A stretch of DNA of 64,000 nt from Octopus bimaculoides (taxonomy: Eukaryota), in assembly GCF_001194135.2 (NCBI RefSeq), contig NC_068982.1, forward strand, positions 151,772,121 to 151,836,120. Direction: 5' to 3'. Below, in pieces: positions 25,832 to 39,879 of the stretch; the stretch's first letter is position 1; every line of letters begins with the position of its first letter. The translations under genes and the position numbers were made by a program. The notes under the pieces were generated by a model. That model was not told the origin of the DNA. It searched no databases and saw only the letters and a program-made list of their open reading frames with translations.

Positions 25832-28800
25832 AGTCGAGACGAATAATACAATAAATGTATTATTTCATACAAGTCAAACAATAACCATTGCTCCTGTCTG
25901 ATTTTAAATAGAGTTATTTCAACTTGAGATATCACCCATTGTTTGTGAGGCTAGTACCTTCGGGAAATTTCACGTTGCGTGTTCATTGAATATTTAAATT
26001 AGATAGCTTCCCATATTTTCATATGTTGTTCGGAACTTTGTATTACTTTTTCTTTTGATTGAGACGGTAAATTGTTAGAATTAGTAGAAGGTGGAAAAAA
26101 TCTTTACCATTCGCTTATGTTCTTTTTTATGTTTTGAGTTCAATTTCCATTCTCCTGACGTTGATAAATGTACTAGGTTACAAATATTAAGTCAATATAA
26201 TCATCTGAAACATCCGTAGATGCTGCCCCAGTGTGTGCACAGTTTAATGATCGAAGCAAAAATTTATGTACAGGAACAGTTTGTTTATGAACAATCTCTG
26301 GGTGAGTTATCAGTAGAGGTACTTTATGAATAATTAAATGGGGAAACTTGTGTTAATGGCGTATGTTTCAATATTGTATTTATTATAACAGCTGGCAATA
26401 GTTTCTAATAAATTCAAACTTAATCATTGGAATACAATGAATTTACTGTACACCCGGCAGCGAAAAATCTAAGATATCATCATACATTTGGAAAAAGTAA
26501 GATAGAAATTTTCGCAAGAATTACTAACAACCTCATATTTTGTATAGTTTATCTACACTACGTTTCAGTCGCTATGACTTCTGTCATCATTAGGTATATT
26601 CTTGGATATGGTTATTGGTATTCTTCGTTTAAACATAAAGTATGAATTAAATTGTGGAGCATGAACGCAATCGGAATAGCTGATAAATGTTAATCTTAAT
26701 AACAAAAGCTAAATTCAAACATTTATACATTTAGGAAAACACTATTCATCATGTATTCTCCACTAAAAAGACATTTGCAAAAACTAAAGCAACCCCATAA
26801 TAACACAGATATTTACCACAGGAAAAAAAAACACAGGAAAGAAAATTAGGAGCCATTTTAATATAATTGATGAAACGCCTTCTTAAAAGACAAATCAAGT
26901 GTAAAATGTATAACTTTACAATGCAAGAGGCAGGTATCTGATATCCAACGAGCAACTGAAAAATGAATCTTTATACAAACAACAAGCTAAAAAACTAAAA
27001 GGAGCATGCTGTTAACACACATAAGAACAACACAGTAATGTTCAAAAATTAGAAAAACAACTAAGACAAAATAATTTGGAAATATTACATATTCAACAGC
27101 ACATTTACGCATAATTTAAGATAATAAACGTAAAATCTAAAATAGTAATAATTAATGGGATGCACGCAGAACAGCGAGAATGCAAACAATCGCATGTGAA
27201 TACCTCATCGCTCTTACTTTTCACTACAGAAGAACGCCTTCTCTCTTAAGGCGAATGAGTGTCGATAACACACGTGTTTCAACGGTTCAACGGTGTGAGG
27301 GAATTTCGAAACACTGCGCTGTTTCAACCTCGTTGTGTGTTTCTCAGTTGAAGCTACCCGACGGCATTTATAGTATTTTCAAATCTTTAATGAAATAAAG
27401 GTGCTTTGCAATACCTAGACGTTTCAAAAGACTTTGACTAATCCTTTATTTTCGAAAGACCATTAAATATTCCGTTTATCTCCAAATATAACAACATTAA
27501 ATATTCATTATCTGAAAATCTGAAAGACACTGTTTTTTCTTGTTGTCACTAGATAAAGGGAGACAATTATTTATATTAGATCAATATGAGAAAATAATCG
27601 GAATGAATTTACATAATCTAATAGATGTAAGTAGGCTGTGAATATCGGCCTATCACGATAGAAAATACCCCAGTAACAAAAAATCAAGAATCAACAAATA
27701 AACAAGAAGCGATTTTATCTATTGCTACACATTGCAATATATTGCAGAAGCAAATCAATGAATTTACTTTTTCCTATGTTTATTTTTTAAAGAGGGATTG
27801 TTTGTTTTCTGTGCATCAGTTGTTACCATAAGAAATCAACGTTTCTAATTAAGTTTGATTGTGAGGAAAACCAAGTTTTACTATTGTGTATAACATTGTG
27901 TAAAATATCGATAGTTGTTTGTAAGTTGCAGACGATCAGTTGAATACCGATATAATGACGCGCATCCGACCAATTGGGTGTCGTGTCTCAGTAGAAAATA
28001 GAGAGAATACTCTGCTGTGAACGAATACAGCCACCAACCAGCTCGAATCATTATATCTACATATTCTGATCATACATCAAACACTCTCACTTTACATACT
28101 CGACTCGCATGAACATATATTTTATAGTCTTTTACCTCGTCTTTTTTCGAAATTTTTTCAAACAAAGAATTACAAGGCAAACACACTACCTAATTGATAT
28201 ATATTGTCTACAGTAACAATAAGTATTAATGTTAAGTTTTGCTTATGGGAACATGAGGTGAAAAAAATACAGAATGAATATTTGAAGAAATATATTAAGT
28301 TTGATTGTGAATATATTTCCACAAATGATATAAATATTTTAAATTTAGGTCGAATTGTTCGATATGATACGATATATGTATATAAGCGTGTAAGTATGTA
28401 TGCATGTATGTATGCATGTATGGATGTATGTGTATGTATGTGTGCTTATATACATGTATATATGTGTCTATGCATCTATGGAAAACATTGTGCTCTGAAA
28501 AGTTATCTAGTTTTAAATTTGGTAGGGAATCCTTTAACAATGAAACAGTCATTTAGTTTCATAGGTGCATTTCATAAATATCAAAGCGCAAAGTTAATGG
28601 ATAGGTGTATATCTCATGAAGAAAGAAAAATAAAGCAAGAAGTTTTATCAAAACAGATTAGAAGTAAAAACAAACAAAAACCAGCTGTATTATAGAACAT
28701 TGTCTTCAACAATGCTTTATCTTCATAAGATCATTTTAAAGTACCCTATATTTTTATAATGACTGCTCATAATGCATGTAGCGTACAAGATTCTAGATGA

Positions 28801-29439
28801 GAATATATGAGTTAAGAGCAATGGACAAATTAGATTTATCTTCATTTTGATTTTTGTACTTATTTTTCGATGTTCATATGATGTAAGCTGGAGGATTTAA
28901 TGCAATATATTACTTTTATGTTCCATTGTTTTGAGGTTTGGCCTATACAGCCAACTGAGTATAAATATATTTTGTTTATTCCATCTTCTATATAAGATAC
29001 TTTAAATATTCCAGATTCCGCCTTACTTAGGGCATATAATAAAATAATACAAGCATGAAGAACTTAAGTACCTTTTGTTATTCAAGAAACCACATTTATA
29101 GGTTTTATAGGTTAAAATGAAGTAGAATTGAACTAAAATATCTGATCCGTATCTGTCGAAGGTATTTTAGTTTACAAGTAAACTGAAGACACAAGCCGTC
29201 CCTGTTGAATATATCAGTCGGTTGTCTGAAAATCAATATCTGAGAGCTTGAAATATTATCTGAACTGAAAAGAAGAATTAACATGTTCAGATTGTAAAGA
29301 GAATGGATTTAATTCATTAAACAAGGTAATATATAACGAAATGAAAGCTATCTTAAACAAGAACATAAAGGTCTCCATACAAATACAACTATACATAGAA
29401 AAATACACTTAGAAACGCATATATATATACGTATACATA

Positions 29440-29491
<52 letters not shown>

Positions 29492-29501
29492 NNNNNNNNN
29501 N

Positions 29502-29544
<43 letters not shown>

Positions 29545-29565
29545 AACTTGTGTGTGTGTGTGTGT

Positions 29566-30735
29566 GGAGACAAATACACACGTACTAAAAAGTAAATGTA
29601 TTCAATAAAATCGCCATTGGCTTCAACCCCGGCCTCCAGCCGACTTCGGAATCTCCTGCAACTCTTCTGGACGATCTTCTTGTTTAAGTTGGTGAATGCT
29701 GCCATAATCGTTACCTTCAGTTCATCATTGGTGTCACAAGGAGTTTTGCTGGTCTCTCGCTCAACTGCGCCCCACACATAACAATCAAAGGGTTTGCAGT
29801 CTGTGGGATTAGGTGACCAGATGTCAGGGATGATGTGGTCGCAGAAATTGTCCGACAGCCATGACTGGCTTCTCCCGTTTGTGTGGCATGGTGTAGAGTC
29901 CTGTTGCCAGACATATTGTCTTCCTGCCGCCTCCCAATTGACCCAGGGCAGCACTTGATGTAGGCCTCCATTAATTGATGTAGGCATCCGTGTTGCGTTT
30001 GAGGCCATGTGGGAAGATGAATGGAAAGATAACGTTACTATCACTAGTTACCACTCCAAACACCATAGTGTTAACTGGATGTTTAGTTTTATCTCTCTCA
30101 GTACCTGTTTTGGGGACACGGTGAGCCAACGATTGTGCTGTGTATTCCCCATCTGATCTTGGCAGACGTTTTTCTCGTCTGAGAAAGACCAAAGCATGTT
30201 CGGTTGGAGGGGATGCTTGAGTTTATTCAAAAGCTTCGTGGCGCGGCCTGTCTGTCTGTCCTATTTTCTTTGATGGCCAGTTCTCATTTTGTATGAGGAA
30301 TACCGAATGTCTTCATGCACTACCTGCTTGATAAGTAACTCAGACACTCCCATGTCCCTGACGATGGATGGACCTGATTGACTTGTAGGAATCGTTGTCA
30401 ATCAAAGACTTCATCTCACCAACAAATTCAGGAGTTCTTTTCTGATCAGAACGATCAGAGTGAGTTTTCCGAGCTGCCATACCTTCGTAATCACCATTAG
30501 ACACGCCCAACTCTTTCTGAATGCTCTGCTCTGTCCTCAGATTGACGCCCAACGACTCTGAAATGTTCGTATTGGAGCTTCCGGTGCAAATGCCAAGCAG
30601 TACAGCATGTTGTTTCCAAGTTTCTGGTAGGGTGAATTGCGTCATGGTGCTGTTTTCCTCACAGATGGTGTTCAACTGACCCTACTATACTGAGTAGTCG
30701 AGAAGATAAAAAACAATCAATGCACATGCGCGAAA
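29566..30735 (-). mobile_element. Tc1/mariner-superfamily transposon, DD37D (maT) type; frameshifted transposase, TIRs not seen
   Basis: First D in WSFSDEK. Second and third D are in WQQD-STPCHTNGRSQSWLSDNFCDHIIPDIWSPNPTDCKPF-D, with 37 residues between them. The C-terminus is CRRFRSRLEAGVEANGDFIE. The protein is split over ORFs 30340-30675, 30048-30230, 29971-30192 and 29409-30044. Confidence 0.9.
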
Positions 30736-32219
30736 TTATGAGTGAGACGAAACTTGTCTCAGCAGCGACGATTGAGGATGTTAGAGGCATTTATACCTTG
30801 TTAGGAATTATCAATAACGTTTACTCACAGTCAGTTTGCTAAGACGAAATCTCTCTTCACAGATATAGACGAAAATAGTGGAAGGCAATCACTAATGTTG
30901 CAATTGGCGCCCGACTTTTTAAAAATCCGTCATATCCAGAGAAACAGATTTACAAGCTTGTAGATTTGCAAGCTCTGTGGTATCAACAGGTATTCTAAAT
31001 TCTTTTTTTTGTTGTTTTTCGTTTATAAATGTTCTCTTTTTATAACATGTGGATAGCTGTGCTAACTATTGGATGTAAGTCCTATTCAAAAACAGTTGTT
31101 TTACAAGTGGCTAACAGGTGAACAAAGGGGATAGCTGTATAACATATAGACTGGAATTAAAAATGCAGGAAGCAGTTAAACATGTATAAGACTTTAACAT
31201 CTTATAATTTTGTATTGTCTATCATGCTTAGCTGTTATAGAGATATATTAGTAAATTTTGTTTATATAATGCTAAGTCATTTGTACTTATAGCAAGCTAT
31301 CATTAGCTAATTAAGTTATGCACATAAAAAGAATTACTTTAATTCATTAAAATTTAATCCGTTGCTATATTAAAATTAAATTCCTCAACTCGAAAATTAC
31401 GCTATATTATTTTCGTTAAATATCTGATAAAAAAGTTTTTTAGTAGAAATTTTATTTGGGTGTTTCTAATTGATTGTCTTATTGTTGCGGTTTAAAAGTT
31501 GTACAGGTGTTTTTGTTTTTTGCAATTCAGAATATCTTCGTCACATTTCTTTAATTAAAATTTATAGATGTAATCTTGTATAAATCATTACTGCCTTGAG
31601 GCGTATTCAATAACAAATTCACTTCACTTGCCTCTTAAACCTATAAGATGGTCTCATTAATACCAGCGATTAGACGTAATTTTCTTATATTTAATTTCGG
31701 TTCTCTCCCAAAATACTGATAAGATTTATTTTTAATTTAAAGCCAAAGACAATAACTTTTAAAATTAATTTCTTTCGCAATGCAACTAAAAAAAAAAAAA
31801 AGACTGAAAAAAGTTTAAATTATTCTCAATCTTTAGTTATTTAGAGTTGAAAATACCTGGAAAACCCATGTGCTTCTGACTAATTAATATTAGGATATCT
31901 CTAAAAGTAAACAATAGTTTTTAGATTAAAAGGAAATTAATGTACACATAAGTTGACAAATTGCTTTTAATCAAAAGTCAGTTTCCCAACGCTCAGCATG
32001 TATTGGGATATACATACATACATATNNNNNNNNNNNNNNNNNNNNNNNNNNNNNNNNNNNNNNNNNNNNNNNNNNNNNNNNNNNNNNNNNNNNNNNNNNN
32101 NNNNNNNNNNNNNNNNNNNNNNATAAATAAGGATAAGATCGGTATTTAAAATATTGATCTTACCAAGTGGTCAGCATGGGAATAAAAACCATCAAAGGTA
32201 ATAATTATTTAAAATTATA

Positions 32220-32254
<35 letters not shown>

Positions 32255-32419
32255 ATGTGGTCGGTGCCATGTATTTGTATGCACGTGTGTATGTGTGTGT
32301 GTTTTATGTGTAAAAGACATTGTAATATGATGCAGAGGACAATAGCGAGTATTACCTCGTAATGTGATAGTAACACTATAAATACGATATATTGACAGGT
32401 AGAGTGGTTGGTATTTGGC

Positions 32420-32620
32420 TCCACGCCAAATCTAACCCAGTAGACTTGCGATCAATAACATTCCTGCGATCAATAACATGACCATCTCATGTTTTTAATA
32501 GCTAAGACGTTATATAATCTGTGTTCTTTTCTGAGAGCAGAGTGTGATTAGGGGCACGTTTAGCTGCTATTACTAGCCCATCAAGCACCACATAGAAGCT
32601 CTATCGCTGTCTCTCACGAG
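32420..32620 (+). repeat. Diverged interspersed repeat fragment; related pieces in opposite orientation near 10290-10390 and 33040-33150
   Basis: Shared motifs GAGTGTGATT...TTTAG(C/T)TG(C/T)TAT and GATCAA..A.ATTCC. Includes a short tandem duplication of TGCGATCAATAACAT (32447 and 32465). Confidence 0.4.
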
Positions 32621-33817
32621 CAGGGTAGGTCAGTGTGAGGTTAGACACTGTCTAAATAAATAGTCACAGCTTTAAGAAATATATCTAGTTGCATTGGTGG
32701 GAAGCATAGGATTTTAAACATTGAATAGCTGTTCGTATTTATAGTGTTCCTTCAAAATCTTTCAGAAGACAGAATTTAACTTCTTTTTGCGCACACGGAT
32801 TACAATAAGAACGGAGAAGATAAAGCATGGAACTAGATGATACAGCTTTGTGTGATTAGAGAAGGATTTTTTGTTGCTCTTGCAAACTTACTGGATTGAT
32901 TAAAAGTATATTTGTATATCTCAGATGGATCTCATACTATATAGTCCAAACATAATACTAAAACTCAACGACTGTATGACTACTGTTGAATTCTAATTCG
33001 AAAACGTGATCCTGAGTGTAGTCGCTCGATATGTAAGAAGAGCAGCTATAAATCGCCCTCTTAAATCAAATTCTACCACCTCAAAACTTTGGGATACTTT
33101 TGCATACGTGCCTTTTATCGTGCATTTGGTCAGACAGACCAGGATCAAAAGCATAAACGAATTAGAATGTGTTTAAACTACATGTATGGCAAATATATAA
33201 AATCATTATAATCTTATGTTAATTGAAGGGTTCAAATTAGAGCAATTTACATTCAGCCTTCACCAAACATTTTTCCATCTATTGATCTAAATTATAATTC
33301 ACTAATAGCTACATTCACAGGAATCTATATCTTCCTTTGGTTTTGTTAATAGTTACTTCGGGTGGACTCGGTTTTAAACAAACTTTTCGTCAGGTGTATG
33401 CTTAGAATATTTAATGTCAAAAGTATACCAAACTTTGAAATCATCTTGTATTCAACATTTCCTGACAAACAAGTTAATAAATAAAATTAAATAAAAACCT
33501 TAAATAAAAGCAAATACAAAGCAATGTTTTGGAGAAGTACTGCTTTGATAACCACTCTCGCAGAGATACACACATACTTAGATTTGTATGTATACATTTA
33601 TTAATTCTTGCTTATTTACCTGAGTCTCTATGTATATGTTTCAACATTGTTTTCAACTTTGTTTTCCAAATATCTTAGTGCTTCCTATACAAAATGGAGG
33701 AGGTTTCTAAAATGAGACAAAACTCTATCAATAGAATCTAGACAACAATGAAGTCATGAGCTTTAAAAACGTCGAGCATATTTTTATTCTGCTTAGAGAT
33801 TGCATATATATATATAA

Positions 33818-34023
33818 GGGATAAAGACCCCCTTCGGTCACGAATGACCATGAGATTGCAGCAAGAAATTTCTCCTCCGAGGCACAAGTCTGGGCAAGGT
33901 TGTAAGTGGAAGACTAGCAGTTGCCCATGCCCGCCTCCCCACTCCAAGCCACTGATATTATCCAAGCGAATGGCAAAGACCTATACAGCCTGGCTCCAGT
34001 GACGCCGAAACTCAGTTCTAGAG
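33818..34023 (-). mobile_element. 3' body of an OR-like SINE; head presumably in the adjacent gap
   Basis: AAAGACCCCCTTCGGTCA.GAATGACCATG.GATTGCA...CGAGGCACAAGTC.GGGCAAGG matches a recalled octopus SINE tail. Confidence 0.6.
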
Positions 34024-34433
34024 NNNNNNNNNNNNNNNNNNNNNNNNNNNNNNNNNNNNNNNNNNNNNNNNNNNNNNNNNNNNNNNNNNNNNNNNNNNNN
34101 NNNNNNNNNNNNNNNNNNNNNNNNNNNNNNNNNNNNNNNNNNNNNNNNNNNNNNNNNNNNNNNNNNNNNNNNNNNNNNNNNNNNNNNNNNNNNNNNNNNN
34201 NNNNNNNNNNNNNNNNNNNNNNNNNNNNNNNNNNNNNNNNNNNNNNNNNNNNNNNNNNNNNNNNNNNNNNNNNNNNNNNNNNNNNNNNNNNNNNNNNNNN
34301 NNNNNNNNNNNNNNNNNNNNNNNNNNNNNNNNNNNNNNNNNNNNNNNNNNNNNNNNNNNNNNNNNNNNNNNNNNNNNNNNNNNNNNNNNNNNNNNNNNNN
34401 NNNNNNNNNNNNNNNNNNNNNNNNNNNNNNNNN

Positions 34434-34620
34434 TCTTCCTCCTCCTCCTCTTCCTCCTCCTCCTCCACCTCCTCATCATCATGATCATCATCATGATCAT
34501 CATCATGATCATCATCATGATCATCATCATGATCATCGTCATCATCATCGTCATTATCATCATCATCATCGTCATCATCATCATCGTCGTCGTCGTCGTC
34601 GTCATCATCATCAACATCAT
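34434..34620. repeat. Compound (CCT)n/(CAT)n/(CGT)n microsatellite with a 12-nt unit ATCATGATCATC
   Basis: Direct reading. Confidence 0.95.
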
Positions 34621-35167
34621 CTAATCCATTACTTATACGAATATTTTGCTGTTGAAATTTCGCGTTATCATGTGAAAATCAATAAAGTCCTATGCTTCCT
34701 TTATCCATGAGACAATTTGTTGCCTGAAGCAGTAAACTCAGAGTCGTGATTTGACATGTATTCAAGATACAATGTTTTCGATGTATAGCTAAAGAGTTTA
34801 TTGATATAGACGTCAAGTGCCTGGGAAATGCTTGTTAACTCACCAGAAATGACAAGTTTTTCATTATACTGTTACAGACGATTTGTATATTTACTGAAAG
34901 ATTTTCAAAAAACGAATCCAATAGAAGTACAGATTTTGGTGTTAGTAATTCCAAGTCAAATGGATCCACTCCTCAGTTGTATTAATTTACATCCAATCCA
35001 TTTTCATTAGCATGAACAATGCCATTATTTTTCAAAGTTTAACCATTTAGGATGTTTTACGTTAGAATGTGACACAAAGCAGTAAAAAAAAAAAAAATTA
35101 GCAGTTATACCCAGCATTAATGTATAACCGCTGTCTTTCGTTTCCTACAGTACGCATATATGAAGTT

Positions 35168-35925
35168 TTAGTATCCGTTAGCAATTAAAAATACACTGTC
35201 GTTTTCAGCATTTTCTATTCGATAGATTAAATACAGGTGTTTTTGTCTTAGTTGATGATAAATCGTTTGAATCGAATACAATTTTCTGCATAGCCTGTAT
35301 GTATTCGTTGAACTAGGAATTCTATAACTTAGACAGATAGAATGACAGTCTTTAAAATGTGTAAGCCAATTACGACTTGCCTTGAACTGAGAATTAGGAG
35401 TCAATCTTTGCTTCAATTCTAAAGATTGAATACATATAAATCCACCTGAAACAGAACAACTGCATTCTGCACTTGAATGATGAAAAACTGTTTTTAGTTT
35501 TGCTTTCAAATTGAAAAAAATTCAGTTTTGTATCGTTTAAATGCTTTTCGGTTTCACAATGCAGTGCTTAATTTTTCCCTTTGTTTATGCAACAAATGAA
35601 TTGTAGCTGCTCCACAATTTTTTGGTCCTTCAGTCACTTTTAATATTTGAAGGCTTTCTCCAAAGAGCGAGTATGCTTTAAAGCATCCATACTAGCGATA
35701 ATATTGTGGTGATATGTGTAGAATTATGACATTATTATAGAGAAAACGCGAATGTAACGCTATTTCGGTACCTTCAAACCGAACGGTTAATCTTGAAAGG
35801 ATATTCAGAAGGAAACAACTGTGACTTGTGCTTTCAAAGGTAAAGTATCGAGATTGTGCTTTCAAAAATAAAGTATCGAAATTGTTGAAATGTGGAGTTG
35901 ATGACATAGCCGCCGAAGTAGACAT
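35168..35925 (-). mobile_element. pogo/Tigger (CENP-B-like HTH) transposase remnant
   Basis: SGGFICIQSLELKQRL...FKASRNWLTHFKDCHSI matches the CENP-B HTH motif (SG..I...A..L...FKAS.GWL.RFK.RH.I). A 28-bp tandem duplication lies at 35826-35881. Confidence 0.65.
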
Positions 35926-37374
35926 GTCTAATCAATGCCCAGTTGCAATGCAATGAAGAACTTCTTTCAAAATTCTCACTAATAAACACTAGTGGCAGCA
36001 GTTATCTGGACAGGCAGTCCGCATGACCGATTTTTTTCGTTAGAATGTATTGTATCTTGAAATTATAATTTAGTAATATTACACCCCAACGTTGCAGGCG
36101 GTTCGCAGTATGAGTCGGTAACCCTTTTTTAGACCCATAAATCAACAGCAAAGGTCTATGATCTGTTTGCAATAGAAAATTTCTGCCATGAAGAAACCTG
36201 TGAATTTTTTACTCCAAAAATAATTGCTAGGGCCGCCTTTTCAATTTGACTATATCTCTTCTCTGCCGCTATTAGCGAGCGCGAAACATGAACCACTGTT
36301 TTGTACTTCCGTCTTCGTATTTATGAAGTAGAATTGCATCTAATCCGTGCGCAGAAACATCAGACGCTATGACGATGTCCATTTCGAGATCGTAATGTGC
36401 TAACGACAAGTCTGAGATTAGATTTTTTTTTATTTCTTCAAAAGTGTTCTGGCACTTAGTGGATCAACTGCACTTTACTCCTTTTTCTAATAAGTCGTTC
36501 AATGGAGCTCTTAACTTGTGTATATTAGGAATGTGGCTTTGATAATAGTTTGCCAACACAAGAAATGCTTGTCAAGTTGGAATATTTATCGGCGCTGACA
36601 TATTCCTTAGTGCGTCTGCCCTCGACGGGTCAGGACGTCTACCACTTTTATCAATTATTTGTCCTAAGTACTTAATTTGAGGTAGAAAGAATTCACATTT
36701 TTCTTCACTCAAAGTGAACCCGAAAACTTGTGAAAAAACAAACTAGCGTTTCGGACTCTGAGACCCTTCGTCAGAGTAGAGTATTCATATAATCATTTGA
36801 ATGTAATGTTTATTTCCTTCTATCAACGGTGACCAAACTTATTAACACCCTGCATACTTATCTGGAATTATTATTGTCGAATATATGATCTGTTAGCGTT
36901 TTTTTTCATCATCGTTACTATTTTTCTTCATTTACATCGCCCAGAGTTGGTTTATGAAGATTATAATTCGCCTTGAGGGTCATTTTAAAAGCCTTAATCA
37001 CTATATTTCTTATAAAAATACAATGAAAGCCTTTCCACTTTATTCTTTATGAGTTAACAAGTCAAACGAAATTTATGAAACAGCGTTTAAGATAGCGAAA
37101 ATGTGTGTTCAGAGGTAGATTACTATCATTTCTTATTGCTAATAGAATTTTGAGGACACACACATATGTTAACAGAAAAAACGCGTATGTCCGCTTAGTA
37201 AGAAGTGGCAAGTAAAACAAAAATATGTTGCTGCTGAACAACACACACACAAGGAATTGGTTTTCAACGGAGTTTACGTGGTGCCTACTCCATTCTGTCC
37301 CCCTAATTGTGAAGCCTGAACTGGTAGACAAAGGGATGCACGCTAGGTAGGTATACAACGTTCATCTCACTGAC

Positions 37375-37434
37375 CGTCGTAGTTCACATCATATGTGAAG
37401 TCCACCTTGTTGAAGTTTAACATCACACATACGT
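37375..37434 (-). CDS. Candidate 60-nt symmetric (phase 1-1) exon of an unidentified gene
   Basis: Upstream CTGAC, a pyrimidine/GT-rich tract, CTTAG| acceptor and G|GTCAGT donor. Open frame DVCVMLNFNKVDFTYDVNYD. No homology recognised. Confidence 0.3.
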
Positions 37435-38281
37435 CTAAGTGGATCGCGGGCACAAACAGGAACACACAGTATATGTCAGCTCACTCTCTTGCATCAAACT
37501 TATTGCCATGGCTGAGATTTTGAACGGATTTATTCTTACTCTGCAAGTTCCTATGAAGTACTCTTTCAGAAATTTTCCACGATGATAGCAATTTACCTAA
37601 CCATCTACTCTGTCTGTAAAGATAATGATGAAATTTTATGCTATGAATTGCTATGTTTTCTTAAAGCCATCATCATTACCCATTCATTTGTCTTCGTTCG
37701 TGACCATAGAATTAAAATCACTGTTTTAATTGATATACTGAAACCGTTTAAGCTCATGATGCCATATAAATTACAATCTATAAGTTCCACAATGTAGGAA
37801 GTCTACTTCATTTAAACTTTTATATTATGCAAGAATGTTTTCTTTTTAAATAGTTACTTCTGAAATTTATGCTGGTTAATTTCCAAAGAAACAGCTTGGC
37901 TTTGTTTAACGCTGCTGAATAGTTTTTATTTCCATCTACATCTTGTCGGAAAAATTCTAAATGGAATATTTTGTAAGATGTTATGGCAGATGTTTCATCA
38001 CAAAAGCTTCATTAGTGATTGAAGGCAATATTAATGATAGTGCAATACTGAGTCGCGAAGAAGTGGATCGTTAGAATTAATATAAATTTGATATGCAAGA
38101 AATCCTGAAAAAATATGTAATCTATCCTAAAGGTTTCTTAATTAGAACCTACCGTTAATCATTATTCATCTTTCTTGAAAATTTTATTGCTGAAGTGTAA
38201 CAACCAGCTTCCTGATATATTTCTGATCAAGTAATGCATCACTACCGTATCGTTCAGATTTCTTTTCTAAACTGTCTTGAG

Positions 38282-38297
38282 AGAGCTGAGAGAGAGG

Positions 38298-38371
<74 letters not shown>
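38282..38371. repeat. (GA)n microsatellite
   Basis: Direct reading. Confidence 0.95.
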
Positions 38372-38375
<4 letters not shown>

Positions 38376-39879
38376 GGGGTATTATTTCCTTGCATATAAC
38401 ATGTGCAATTGAAATGTTAAGAACTTGTGACTTTTCATTAGATTCTTTTATTTGGTTGGTTTTCTATTGCATACCTTCCTGAACAATAATTTTCACGAGT
38501 GTTCCAAATGGTGAATTAGTGGTTCACTGCACACTACGATGACTAACATTTCAGTGGATACTGTTGTGACCGATTGCTTACTATATAATTCTCCAACTAA
38601 CGTTTCTCTTTATACATTTATAACCAATATTTCGCTATACAGCACTACAACAAATGTTTCACAGTAGATCAGTATAACTAATGCTTGACTGCAGACCACT
38701 TCAACAAATAGTTTGCTGTATACCACTGCAGTTAATTGTTCACTACAACCCTATATAATCAATGGTTCACAATACAGCAAGTGGTTCACTGTAGATCACT
38801 ACAGCCCCTACTACTACTACTACTACTACTACCACTACAACAAACGCTTCACTGTTATCTCTACACAATCACTGCAATCAGTAGTTCACAAAATAAGCTA
38901 CTTCACAAACTATGATGCTGCAATATTCCTTTCTAATTTGAACCTAGCTCGAATAATTACATCAATGATTAGTAAGATCTTTTAATAATTAAAACATATT
39001 TAACGATCAGTTAAACAAAACTTGTAGACTACGTAAACTATGTACTGAAATAACTAGCGATAATTTCGTGACAATTTTGTTTAATACATTTTAAAATCAG
39101 TTACTAGAATAAGGGTTGTTAGGTAAGAGAAAATAAGTCTTTAACTTATAAACTTCGTTTAATTAGTACAATACAGATCGAACATTTGAAACGTTATAAA
39201 AATACATCAGTTAATTTCTAGAGGCTAGGTTCGTCATAGCGTCCACTGTTTTAATTGAAAATTCTACTCAATTGTATTTCGAAATAAAACTTTAAAACTA
39301 TTATTCTGACACGAGACAATAATTTATAGTAACGATACTTCTGTTTCATTCGTGTGATATTATCGTTATAATCTATGTATTTTTTTTTGTATCTGCTTAA
39401 CATATGAAAAGAAGTAGCATACTGATTGGCATAAAGTCACTCACAGACACGTTCTAGCCTGTTGTCCATAGGCAAATTATCTCTTCCTTTGTCTTTTCTA
39501 TTGCTACTATAGTAGCCTTACTTCTTCAGATCTGGCTGGGATCATATCACATCCACTCAAACATTTTCATTCAGCTCGTCCCTTTCCGGAGCTTCGACTC
39601 TTGAGCATTCTCTCCAGTCTCACATTTTCCTTGTTGTTGTTAGCTTACAAAAGCTGAAGGGAAATGTTTGTAGTATCATTATTATCAGTTTAGATGGGCC
39701 TTCCGATCCCATAGGCACTGAATCTTCCTCTTGGCCCAGCAAGTAAAATAAAGCGTAGATGCCTTCACAGTTTTGGAATATAGCCTCAAATTAACTCTGA
39801 TCGAATAAAACCTATAATAAAAACCATTTAAACTGAGGCAAAACATATGATTACATTATCTACTGTATCGTTTCTTTTA

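Noticed and set aside
39520-39660. Exon-like segment on the minus strand with a good acceptor and GAA|GTAAGG donor
   Set aside because: All frames contain stops from either acceptor. It could only be non-coding, and I cannot support that.
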